A stretch of DNA of 64,000 bases from Antedon mediterranea (Eukaryota > Animalia > Echinodermata): assembly GCF_964355755.1 (NCBI RefSeq), contig NC_092674.1:24304001-24368000 (forward strand), read 5' to 3'. The notes under the pieces are model-generated. The model searched no databases and had not been told where the DNA came from. It saw nothing but the letters and a program-made list of their open reading frames with translations. Shown here in pieces: positions 39,601 through 51,600 of this stretch; the stretch's first letter is position 1, and the number at the start of each line of letters is the position of its first letter. The translations under genes and the position numbers were made by a program.

Positions 39601-42600
39601 TATATGTTAATGCTGAAAAGCAAAGCAAGAAACATATCCTAACCTTACATTAAATGCTTTGCACTATTAGTCATCCTTAAAGCCATGGAGATATCCATGG
39701 AGGTATACATGCTTAAAATGTACATGTTTCTATAGATAGCCCGAGGATGTCTAAGACAGATCAACAAATCACAGAAGAAAGACGTATTTCATCTGAAAAG
39801 AGATTACTTGCTCTGATCGACGACAATGAAACGTTTCAAAAGGAGCTTAAGAAAAGCCAGGCGTACCAAAGAGCAAGAAGACGGCGTTTATATGCGCTAG
39901 ATGGGTCCTTATTACGTATGATACAAAACGCTCAACAGCTTCAAACAAGGTTGAAACGTCTACAGGAAGAAATTGACAAAGAAAAAGCAGAAGAATCCAA
40001 CAGACCGTGGCCTCATAACCTTCGGCGTTCAATCGACTAAAACGACATATCATTTATGTTTTAAAAATTGTATAGGCCTACAAATAAAAAATGATATTAT
40101 TAAAACTAGTTGATTTATAATAAACGTGAGTTATCGTTATTTGAGGACATTCAGGTTTTGTTTAACATTCCATACTTTTCAGAAACATGGCTGGGCATCT
40201 TTTAATGCCCTTTTGTTTTGAGATGCATGGTATACTACTATTGCTAAGTAAACGTTATTTAAGGACATTCAGGTTTTGTCATCTTTACCATTCCATACTT
40301 TTCAGAATCATCGCTGGGCAACTTTTATTGTCCCATTGTATTGAGATGCATGATACACTACTGTAGACCTACTGTACAATTTATCTGATTAAATAGTATT
40401 GCCGGAGTATTTAATAATAAGAAATCCCTGCCAAACAATATGTTTAGTAGATCAATTTTTTAAAATCCTTTTATTGCAACCAGTTTGCAGTGTTTTTAAT
40501 GTATTATTTGTTCTATAGAAATAGTATACAGTAATTGTAAATTGTTGCCATTTATGATCAGATGAATAGTTCTAAACTGATTTCATTGTGAGACTGCATT
40601 TTCTGTTTGTTTTAATTCAATGCTTTATTGAATGAAACGAGTTCGTTTTCGAGATGTCTAGCTATAAAATCAATTTCTGTATTTCCATTACAATACTTTG
40701 AGTTTAGTATTTGCAATGTTTGTTTTTTTGTGTGTGTTACTGTTTGACCTTTTATTACACGTATCTTATTCATGTTCAATGTGCTCATGGTTTAATTGGC
40801 TGAGAAGTGGTGATAAAAATCGAGTTTCTTGTTGCCTACGATTTTGATTAATATTGAAAATCTTGTTTCTGTGTTCTGTATGAATGCAGGTGGAAGATTT
40901 GTATTTTTTCCGTTAGTACAGTATTACGGATAGCATGTAGTACAAGGTTATTATCGTTACTGCTTGTGTTCATTTTATACATGGTGAATTTTATTCGTAT
41001 TGACTTCGTGAATTAATATTAATAGCTCAAAGATTCTTTGTTTTTGTGAAAGGATCGTGAAACATAGGCCACGTGTGTGTCCATTGTTCAGTTATGTATT
41101 AGCAAGAGGCGGAGGAAACGAACGATTACACGCGGCGGTCGATTGCTTTGTGTAACCAAGGCAGGCTTTTGCATGATTAATTCGATCTAATAATGCGATA
41201 AATACAGAGTTTATCAACAAGACGTCTTTGAAATATATCCTTTTAGTCGTTACATCTGCAGTGTATGCACACACAGTTCACTCAATATGGTGGATATGCA
41301 TCTTCAAGAAGCATACATTTTAAGGAAGGTAAACAAAGACATTAAAGTCGATACGTCATTTTTTAGCAGATTCTCGGACGTGAAGAGCGTACGAAAACGC
41401 GTGCGTTCGGATGTTCTAAACAGAAATTCACAAGTCGCGCAAAGTAATTTAAAGCGTTACAAAATGATAGCTGATTCAATGTCAATGACGATAGGAAATA
41501 AAACTCTGACAAAAATGGATTCTGAAAATGAATTTCGGATTTCGGATGAGGAAACGATTAAAGAGAGGTATGGACGTTTTAACCAACGATTGGATATGGT
41601 AGACCAGAGGGTGATAGGATTACGAGATGAATGTGTGTCATGCGATCAACGTCTTCAGAAGGTATTTCAGAGATTTTCTTCAGTAGAAAATCGGTTATCA
41701 GATCTTAAAATATCATTTTCAAAACTGCATATCGATTGTCTGTTAATAGATGTCACGAACTCCTCTCACGTATGTTTCCGAGCGGTTGAAAATACTTTAG
41801 GAACTCCCTTGTGACATAAAAGTATACACACAAAATCCACAAAGTTGTAAAATAACTCAAAAACAAAGCTTTAATTTCAATCAACTTCAACTTTCAACAA
41901 TCCAGTAAGCACTTTAAACAACAGCTTCACAATGACTTTACAATATAACATCCAACCTCTATTCCAACCTCTGATCCAACAACCTTACAATAGTTTACAA
42001 CCCTTTATATACAAGATGCTCCTATCCTTCTAGATCATTCTTTATACTTCTCATTATTACATGATTACAGTTTCTATTAATAGCACTTCTGGAATGTTCT
42101 TGATTGTTCTTATTAATTATACATGGTTTATTAAATCAAAACATCTTATTCTAGAATGTTCATGTAAATACTATGTTACTCTATATGTTAGGGAATGGTA
42201 ATTTATTACACTCCCCCCTCTTTCTGAGCTCAAAACTCTTTCTTGGAGTTTTGAGGGGCTAGTATACACGGACGTGGCAAAATTTAACCCACTCCTAGTC
42301 TATAAAACTTAAATACGCCATAATAACATGGAACATAATTATTAATAATTACTAATAATGAACAAACAACATTCATGTAAATTTGTCCGAATGGTTCACT
42401 AATTACTGACATAGGAATCATAAAGTCCTTAAATTTAGTTCTATACTTTGAAGTTTTCTGACAAATCTTGCAATATTCAGTCACATCCTTTCTAATACCA
42501 GGCCAAAAGAATCTTTGCTTTATCCTATCTAATGTCTTTTTCCTACCTAAATGACCTGCCAAAGGAATATCATGTGAGACTTTCAATACACTATTACGGC

Positions 42601-45600
42601 AAGGGTATGGAACTACTAATTGCTCTATTGGTTCTGTCTGGTGTTTAGTGAAAACCTGCCTAAATAAAATTCCATCCTTACAGACTATCTTTATAGTGTC
42701 ATCATCCTTCTGTACTAACATCTGTTCTCGAAGTGAAATTAAAGTTCTATCCTTAACCTGATAATCCTTAATTTTATCTCTGCCAATATCTAAAATGTCT
42801 AATTCACTATCTTGGCTAGATTGAGCTTCCTTTGTTTTTGCAAACTCTTTCCTAACTTTTCGTTTCTCACTTCTGGTTTTATGAACTTTTTCCTTGGGAG
42901 GGTTGTTACTGAGTAGTTGGCCATCTAAATGTCCAAATTCTTCTTGAAAATTAACCACATCATCTAACTGATGTGAAATAACCCCAGAAGCTTTTTCCGA
43001 CTTTAATTCGTTTTCCTCTCTTAGTTTTTCTTTTCTAGCATGATCTCTAGTGGCAACAAAACTATGCCTATCATGATTCTTATCCCTCTTCCCTAATAAG
43101 TCTCCAAATTTAGGAAAGTCCCTACCAAGAATTACATCTCTTGGTAAATCGCTGCAAACGCCAACCAACAAATTATGGTCTTCGTTATTAATCTTAATAT
43201 TGACGAATGCAGTAGGATAGGCTTGGACATGGTCATGGACGCACCTGCATGTAATTTTAGCTTGCTCCGCGCGATTAATTTTCTTAGCCGCTACTAAATC
43301 AGAATGAACAAGTGTCATATCACATCCAGAGTCTATCAAAATTTCACAATCACATCCTTCAACTAGGCCTCTACAAATGTAAGGTGTACATGGTTTTGAA
43401 ACAGTATCTGTCTTTGTCGACAAAAAGCCATCCTTACTTCGACAAAATCGTTCTATGTGGCCTACTTTTTTGCACCGTCTACAAACGAGAGGTTGTCTAG
43501 CGTCAGATTGTGATTTATGAAAGTTATCAGGGGGATTATTATTACCCTTACTGTCAACTTCAGGAGTGCCTTTCACTGTTTTCTCCTGGTTGTTTCTATT
43601 TTCGTGTTTTCTATTTTGAAACTTTTTCTCAAAATCGATACCTTTTCTAGCTTGAAAATAATTATCTGCTAATTCTGCAGCATTTAATCCAGAATCTGGT
43701 TTATGTTCTTTAACCCAAATTTGTACCCCTGTGGGCATAATATCTATTAATTGCTCTAAAATAACAATTTCAGCTAAATCATCTTTGCTTTTATCAGCAG
43801 GCCTAGCCCACTTAGTAAATAAATCTTTTAACCTAACATACATTTCTCTATAACTTTCTTCACTTTTCTTTTTAATTGACCTAAACCTTTGCCTATATGT
43901 CTCTTCAGTTATGTCATACCTTTGTAATATTGCTTTCTTCACTATGTCGTACTGGTTACTTTCTGTCACTGGTAGTGATGCATAGGCCGCTCTTGCTTTG
44001 CCTGTCAAATGAGGTATTAGTTTTACTACCCAGTGTTCTTTTCGCCACTCATAGGTGTTAGCAATTCGTTCAAACGTAGTGAGATAATTTTCAATATCAT
44101 CACTATCAGAAAGTTTTGCAATCTGAACTTCTTTCAATCTCATCATGTCTTTTAATCGTTTCTCCTCACTGTCCTTTTGCTTATCCATTAACGCCATTAC
44201 TAACGCTTGCTGTTTCTCCATATCTTCCCTACGTAAACGTTCTTGTCTTTCCATATCTTCTTTGCGTAAACGTTCTTGTTTTTCCATATCTTCTTTGCGT
44301 AAACGTTCTTGTTGTTCCATCATCTGCTGCATCATAAGATTCTGTTGTTGCATTTGCTGCTGCATTTGCTGCTGCATTTGCTGCTGCATTTGCTGCTGCA
44401 TTTGCTGCTGCATCAACAACAAAACATCTTTTGAAGATGAGTCAGCCCCTGTAGGGTTATGTCCACTGGTTGGTCCAGACTCTTCTGCCTGTTGTTCAGG
44501 TTGTATTGACTGAACCGATTCTACCTCAGAATCAGATTCATCGCCGCCGCTGTATTCTCTACCGGATCTTGTTGTTGATTGTTTATCAGCCATATTTTAA
44601 ATCTGGATTAGGGTCTTGTTACTAGTTAATCGTAGTTACCGAGACGTTCACAAGTCTACTGTTCCAAATAAAATAATCTACTGTTCTTTAAACAATGTTT
44701 GTGTACTTACGATTAAACAAAACGTAGCACCACGGCTTCCGTAAAATATCACAGTATCGTAAGTACCGCTTCCTCAAAATATCAATAAAGTACACTTGAT
44801 CCTAAAACAGCCACCAATCTATGGCAAAATACAGTAGATCAAACTGCTACCACAAAATATCACAACAGTAGATAAATACACAGTTAAGTCGAACAGTAGA
44901 TCGAAATAACCGCTGCCACCAAATTAGGCTGAACACCGCTGCCACCAAATTATGTCACGAACTCCTCTCACGTATGTTTCCGAGCGGTTGAAAATACTTT
45001 AGGAACTCCCTTGTGACATAAAAGTATACACACAAAATCCACAAAGTTGTAAAATAACTCAAAAACAAAGCTTTAATTTCAATCAACTTCAACTTTCAAC
45101 AATCCAGTAAGCACTTTAAACAACAGCTTCACAATGACTTTACAATATAACATCCAACCTCTATTCCAACCTCTGATCCAACAACCTTACAATAGTTTAC
45201 AACCCTTTATATACAAGATGCTCCTATCCTTCTAGATCATTCTTTATACTTCTCATTATTACATGATTACAGTTTCTATTAATAGCACTTCTGGAATGTT
45301 CTTGATTGTTCTTATTAATTATACATGGTTTATTAAATCAAAACATCTTATTCTAGAATGTTCATGTAAATACTATGTTACTCTATATGTTAGGGAATGG
45401 TAATTTATTACAATAGAAAAGCATTTCGAAGCCATTGTTCCGGAAACAAAGATAAAGAATATCGGTAAACTTCCTACTGTAAAAAGTGATATCCAATTGC
45501 AGCAGATACGAGGAGAAAGGAGCGAATATCCCAGGCCTACCAGTACTACTGGCACTATATCAAGAGATGAACTGTTGATTAACACCTCAGCTGCGAAGCA

Positions 45601-48600
45601 AAGGAGGCCTAGCAATGCTCCATCTTCAGAAAATGAACTTAGTTTAATTGAAAGGAACAAAAACTACTTACAGCAGTTTGAAGCTAAACATTCATATTCC
45701 ACTAATGATGTCATGACAATGGAAGCAGATAAATGTACTTTTAACGGTGAAAAAGAAAACAAAACATTAAAACTGCTTTACGGAAGATTGCCATCAACAC
45801 CCGAGATTAGCTCCTATGTGAACACTAAGCGCAGAGTGGTTACCGGGAGTAGATCGAAAGAGGTAGATATTACTACAAGTGGAATGCAATTAAGTTACAT
45901 TAATGCTTTTCTTGATATTTTAATGAAACAAGTTTACATCGAGGACATTACAAATGACGATAATTTAAACAAAGTACCGGCTATTGTCATAAACTCAATT
46001 CACGATCAGATTTCGGGTAACGAATTGACCTCTATAGGAAACTTATGCAGACAACTTGGCATGACACCAGACGTGTTTCAGCAACTTATCGTGTTGAAGA
46101 GAAAGTTTGAAAAATCTGGAGCGAGAGATACTTTTGATACGAGCTTAGCGAATGATTCGACCGTGAACACCTTACTGCAGTCTTTAAATGAAGATAATAG
46201 CCAAGATATGGCTTTGAGAATTGCAATTGCTACTGTCCACGCTAGCCTGAATCCACATGTTGGCAGAAGTACTCAGAAGTTGTGTACGGAAGTTTAAGCA
46301 AAGAAAACCGTCAAAACTAATTCATCAATGTATTGCAATATAACTCCGATGCAACATGACGTAGATAAAAGACAAAACAATTGAAAATAAGGACGCCCTG
46401 TGACAGGACTTTTCTTGTATATTCGACAATCAGTATTTACAATTTGATAAATTATTCAAAGATGTGGTTTTTTTTTCAAAGAATGGGCTACGTGTTGTTG
46501 TTTTTTGCTAGCTAAGGTTCCGCGCAAAATCTACCTAACAGTGACGTTGTCCATTAATGGAGTTTTAAGTTACCCTGTCAACAAAAAGGAGTTTAGGATT
46601 TCAAACTACATACCAATACATTGTATTCCATCAGGTGCCTTATAAAATCCTTCTGGACAGTCACAGTAGTAAGACCCTTCGGTATTGACACACAGGTACG
46701 GACATCCATGATCATCGTGGCTACACTCGTCCACATCTGAGAAAATGGCAATAACAACTAATTGGTCAGATGTCTATTACTAATTTAATTTTATAACTCA
46801 ACTCCCTGACGCAAGACTACAACATTACAGTAGCAACAACAACTGAAGTAATTTTCTTAAGTTTGAAGACAGCATTTTTACTGCTATAAATTCTGTTTGG
46901 ATTGATTGGATTTGTATTTTTGTATGTCTATGTCTATCTTTTTCTTTGCCATTATAATGTGTTTTTTAAAATGAAATAGTACCTGTACAGTTAACGCTAC
47001 TGTTGTCTGTAAACCGATATCCCCATCGACAGCCGCATGCGTAGCTACCGTACAAGTTCATACACGCATGATGACAACCGCCATTGTTAATTCTACATTC
47101 ATTCATATCTGAAAAATAAAATGCAAAATGAACGATACGAACGTTAAGCCATATCTACACTATCAAACTTCGTGTGACAGAAAAATATAATGTGCCCATA
47201 TATGGAAATGATGATGTCATATCACTACCATATTTGGGCACATTACCACCATATTTTGGGCACTTTTTTGTAAAATAGTTCTGTCAATACTACCGAACTA
47301 GTTTGACAAAGTGTGATGTGCCCAAATGGTAGTGATAAGACGTCATCGTGTCCATATATAGGCACATCAGATTTTGTTGTCACACAAAGTTTGATATTGT
47401 AGACACATAGCTTTAAAAAAGAATGATTGCCTTCGCAAAATGGATTTAATGATCTACCTTGCAAAGTTATTTTTTACCAGAACATTCAACAAGGTGGACT
47501 ACTTGACTATCTTACCTCGAGCTTCGTACTGAGCGTAGAAAATAGAAGGGACGCCGTTGTCTACGTGGTTATCCGAGTGCATCTCAAGGCGTAAGTTATT
47601 TCCTGAGGAAACCACCCCAACGTTGTTTTGTGATCGACAAAGCTTGGTTATAAGAGGAGATGTGTTGGTTTCTCCATCAAATATTAGTAGATAGTCGCTT
47701 CTACAACCTGTTTCACTTTCTTCAATCAGGGAGGAAAAATAAATAGAATTAGGTCTGTAATAATATAATACAGTCAACTTTTACAGAACCAAAACTATTA
47801 ACTTTATTTCGCGGATCTGATATTTCCAGATTGTGCACTAATAGTGTTCCCAAACATCAATTGGTGATTTCTTTCAAGAATTGTTACTTCCACAACAAGA
47901 ATGAAGTTAATATGTTATTATTTTAATTTTATTAATTTTGACAAAGAAATAAACGACATCAAACAACTGTATTTTTTCAAGAAGCCATTATTATTGCTTA
48001 AAGAGATTTTATCGTTTTATTATAATAAATGTAAGATGAGAAACAAAATACTATAAACTACAACAATTATTATGCTTGGGTTATTTTGAAAACTGGCTTA
48101 AGCAAAATCATTGACTTAAAAGCGATGATTTGTTTTTGCAAAGATTGATACCAGTATGTAGTCATTTTATGAACTTCAAATAATGACCGAATAAGATTAT
48201 TTAGATGATGTTAGGTGAAAATGATATCTATAATCTAATACTAGTCTACGGCACACTGAATACCGTAAGTCCCATACCTATTACATCAAACCTACCAGGA
48301 ACCAACAGTTCAATTATCCTCAGATTAACAAAAAATCCTTCTAGAATGGAAATTTGCCAGACGATTTTAGAATTCCTAGGAAAAGTAAGCGGGTAATGCG
48401 GCGTCTTTAGATCACCCTTGAATTCCGTGTATTTATACTGAAATGCTGTAAAATAACATTTTAAATATGATGAGTATATGTATTGTTCACAATGATCCGT
48501 TTTCGGTAAACAACAAACTAAATGAAACCACTCAGAAACTGAGTGAAGTACTTGGCAAAATATTGCCACAGAGGGCGCATGTTGATATGTCGGCCCATTT

Positions 48601-51600
48601 CAAAGAATAGAAAGAATACACATTTTTCTTTTTTTGTTATTTGAGAAGTTATTAATAAACCGACTTTCTTGAATTTCAATAGGCATGTTCTGTAAGTATA
48701 TATCTATTTACACTATTTTTAAAATTCAGAATGAAAACTTGAAAATCATACAAAGCAAGTAGGCCTACTATATTCTATTTTTCTAATTCATTAATGTTTT
48801 AAGACGATTTTTCTTTAAAAAAATTATATCTGACACCAGTACTGTACATGTAAAGCTCTTTGTCTACAGTATCAAACTTTATGTGACAAAAAATGTGATG
48901 TGCCCATATATGGACGATTACGTCATATCAATATTGTACGTGTAAGGCTGACAATAGCCAATTCTGTACTGAAAATACTTAAGCAATGTTCTAAGCGGCG
49001 CCCCGTAAAAGAGAATTGTATTATAATTATGTTTATTAAAGGGTAACTCCGGGTTAAACATTTCCTTGTGGTTATTAGTAGGCCTACTAAATTGTAAACA
49101 TTTTGCATTTTAATAATAATAAAAGTACACTCACAAACACTATTGAAATTGGCGTGAAATCTAAATGCAGAAGTCTGGTTTACTACGTGCAGTTTAATCC
49201 ACAGTTTTCCAGAGTGAGTCTTGATGGAAGCTGGAAGCACGTAGCCACAATATCGGCCAATCAAAGGAGCAAGTTTACCAAAACCATCTCGAACCTCTAT
49301 GTAGCTGTCATTGGAACACGACCCGTCTGCATTTATACCTACACGATGATAGATGATTTATAAAATTATTATTAATATGGCCGCCTTATTTTATTATAGT
49401 GCATTACTTTTTTTTATTTGATTTGATTCGAATTTATTATGAAAATCATCTTTTTCCAGGATAGCCCAAAAATGTATTAGCTTATTTCCATTGAGATCCC
49501 TTTTCGCCAGGACATTTTTTGTCGATATTCAAATAATTCGTTTTGGAGTGCCAATTGTGACATATTTATGTTTTAGAAGTCGAGCTGCCACAACCCGACA
49601 GACTAGCGAATTTGTTTACTGATATAGGTTGCTTTATTTTGTATAAATCTGGAAAGTTATGCCGTGCACAAACAAAAGACTTCAACCCTATTGGTTTTAT
49701 TTATTATCCGTTTGTGTATATCACTAGGCTGTTAGTTGGTACTACATCGACCCCTTATTGAAATACGTGCAATGTGGTAAACTGCGTTCTATCCGTTTAA
49801 ATAATATGTCCAATTTCAATATTTGTTGTTGTTCCTCCACTTTATTTATTTAAAGTCACTGTTTTGATGTAATTTTTTTTTTTATTTATTTTATAAATGT
49901 TGTTGAGGTTTGCATGGCAAGTAAACACTAGTAAAGACAGGTTTGCGGTACACCATGTGTTTTCAAAAGAAAATAAAGCATGAGAATGCATCGTCACCAG
50001 AAAATGGTTGTGGCAGAGCAAACAAAAGGTCGATACATTTTGAAACAAACCACAGATTTACGACTTATTCATATTATGCACTTACCTGGAATGTAAATGT
50101 CAGTAAACTCTAGCATTAATGCTAGGTTTTGCTTTACTCCAGCTACAGCCCATTCGCAATTCGCGTCAGTTCGGAACGGGCGTGGGTAATTCGGTGAATG
50201 TATTTCTCCATCCATCGCAAAAATGGTGCCACCACATTCTACAAAGAGCAATTTAATCCAGAATAACTCAATTAAAATATGATTTCTATACAGAAAGTTT
50301 AAAATCAAGAAAACATATCTTACTTGTTTCCATGCAATGTTAATAGATCTTGTTAGATACACTGTAACATCGAGAATACAATTAATAGACAAAAATACAA
50401 TACTAAATTGTTACTGATATAAAACGTGTGATTTTCTGGACAATTTGTATATTTGTCTAGTACGGATAATCCATTTGCCCTTTCCTCATAATCAAATTGA
50501 AAATGAACTCCGATTAAGCACAACTTGTTTTATCATGCAAAAGGCAAATGTATTTCACTTGCCTCACCTCCGACCTTCGTACATCGGTACATGATGTTTA
50601 ATTGAAGAATATCCCCTTTGCTCAGTCGTTCTCGTTGACCTATGACCTCATGTTCGTCATTAGGGGTAATTGTCTTTTGTCCATTGATAGTAAAGTAATA
50701 AGCTCCGTAATGCATTATAGATCCATAATCATAACCCTGATCAAATGAATTTATCTAAAGCAAAGAAAAAATCTGGTATTAGGAAAAAATAAATAAATAA
50801 GGGCAGAGGGCGTGCTAATTAATATTTCTGCCTATATTGAAGATACAGAGAACTCGAGATTTTCAATCAGCTTTTCATCATTACTGTATATCGATTTGTG
50901 TAAACATATAAACAATATTGCCAACTTTTGCTTTGTTTTTTGTTTGTTTTTATTTGTTGGGGGTGGGGTGATATACTGTAGTCGAATTTAGCAACCATAC
51001 ATACATAGTTTCTCATACATATACAGATACTTGTTTGTGATTTTTTCGATAAATATCATTATGATCTCACACGAAGACTGTTCAGAACATGATTATCTGA
51101 ACCAGAAACAAAACACCAAACTAACATGAAGTTAACGCGCGCGTACAAAAGCTGTGTTATTACATCACTGTTTGAAAGCGCGCGCGCATCGACATTTTGT
51201 GACTCTCCGTGACGTCACGTATTCACATACCTGGAAAACCGACTGCTTATGAAACTGCGTTGTATCGTGTAATAGCATATTATCAGTGTTTATTGTCACG
51301 TGTTCATCTCTGTCTGGTCGACTTTGTTCGTGCCAGAATCCAACAAGATGGCCGATTTCGTGAAGAATTGTACCGATTGTGTCGCATCCTGTTCCTATAG
51401 AAACGATCTGTTTTCCACCAGTCCTGCCAACGCTGGAACAACATCTATAATGAGAAATATAATATTTAGTTCATAAAATCAATCAGTTCCTTTTTTAATT
51501 TGTAGGCGTTTCATACTTCTCTTAAAATGTGTCGCAGTCCTACTTACAGTACTGTATACACTATTGCACCTGAATGGGTAATATCTGGAAGCTACCGTAC

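Larger units (their letters stand above)
41751..45412 (-). mobile_element. Non-autonomous Ty3/Gypsy LTR retrotransposon, Gmr1-like (PR followed directly by INT), 3662 bp
   Basis: Two 460-bp LTRs with TG...CA ends, ATAGA TSD (41746-41750 and 45413-45417), PBS TGGTGGCAGCGGT next to the 5' LTR, PPT AGAAAGAGGGGGGAG (42211-42225) next to the 3' LTR. Confidence 0.95.
41287..46297 (+). pseudogene. Intronless ~447-aa ORF (coiled coil plus death-domain-like C-terminus) interrupted by the LTR element
   Basis: Removing 41751-45417 (element plus one ATAGA) joins 41287-41750 to 45418-46297 in frame: ...[40 protein letters not shown]..., 1344 nt with no stop. Confidence 0.8.

Noticed and set aside
41751-41814. 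C-terminal ~21 aa of the 175-aa ORF ([21 protein letters not shown])
   Set aside because: Read-through into LTR sequence, not part of the original gene.
44116-44513. Cys-rich plus-strand ORFs (CCCICCC)
   Set aside because: Antisense shadow of the Gag (QQQM)n repeat.
45373-45660. 95-aa minus-strand ORF
   Set aside because: Antisense shadow of the nested ORF running into the LTR.
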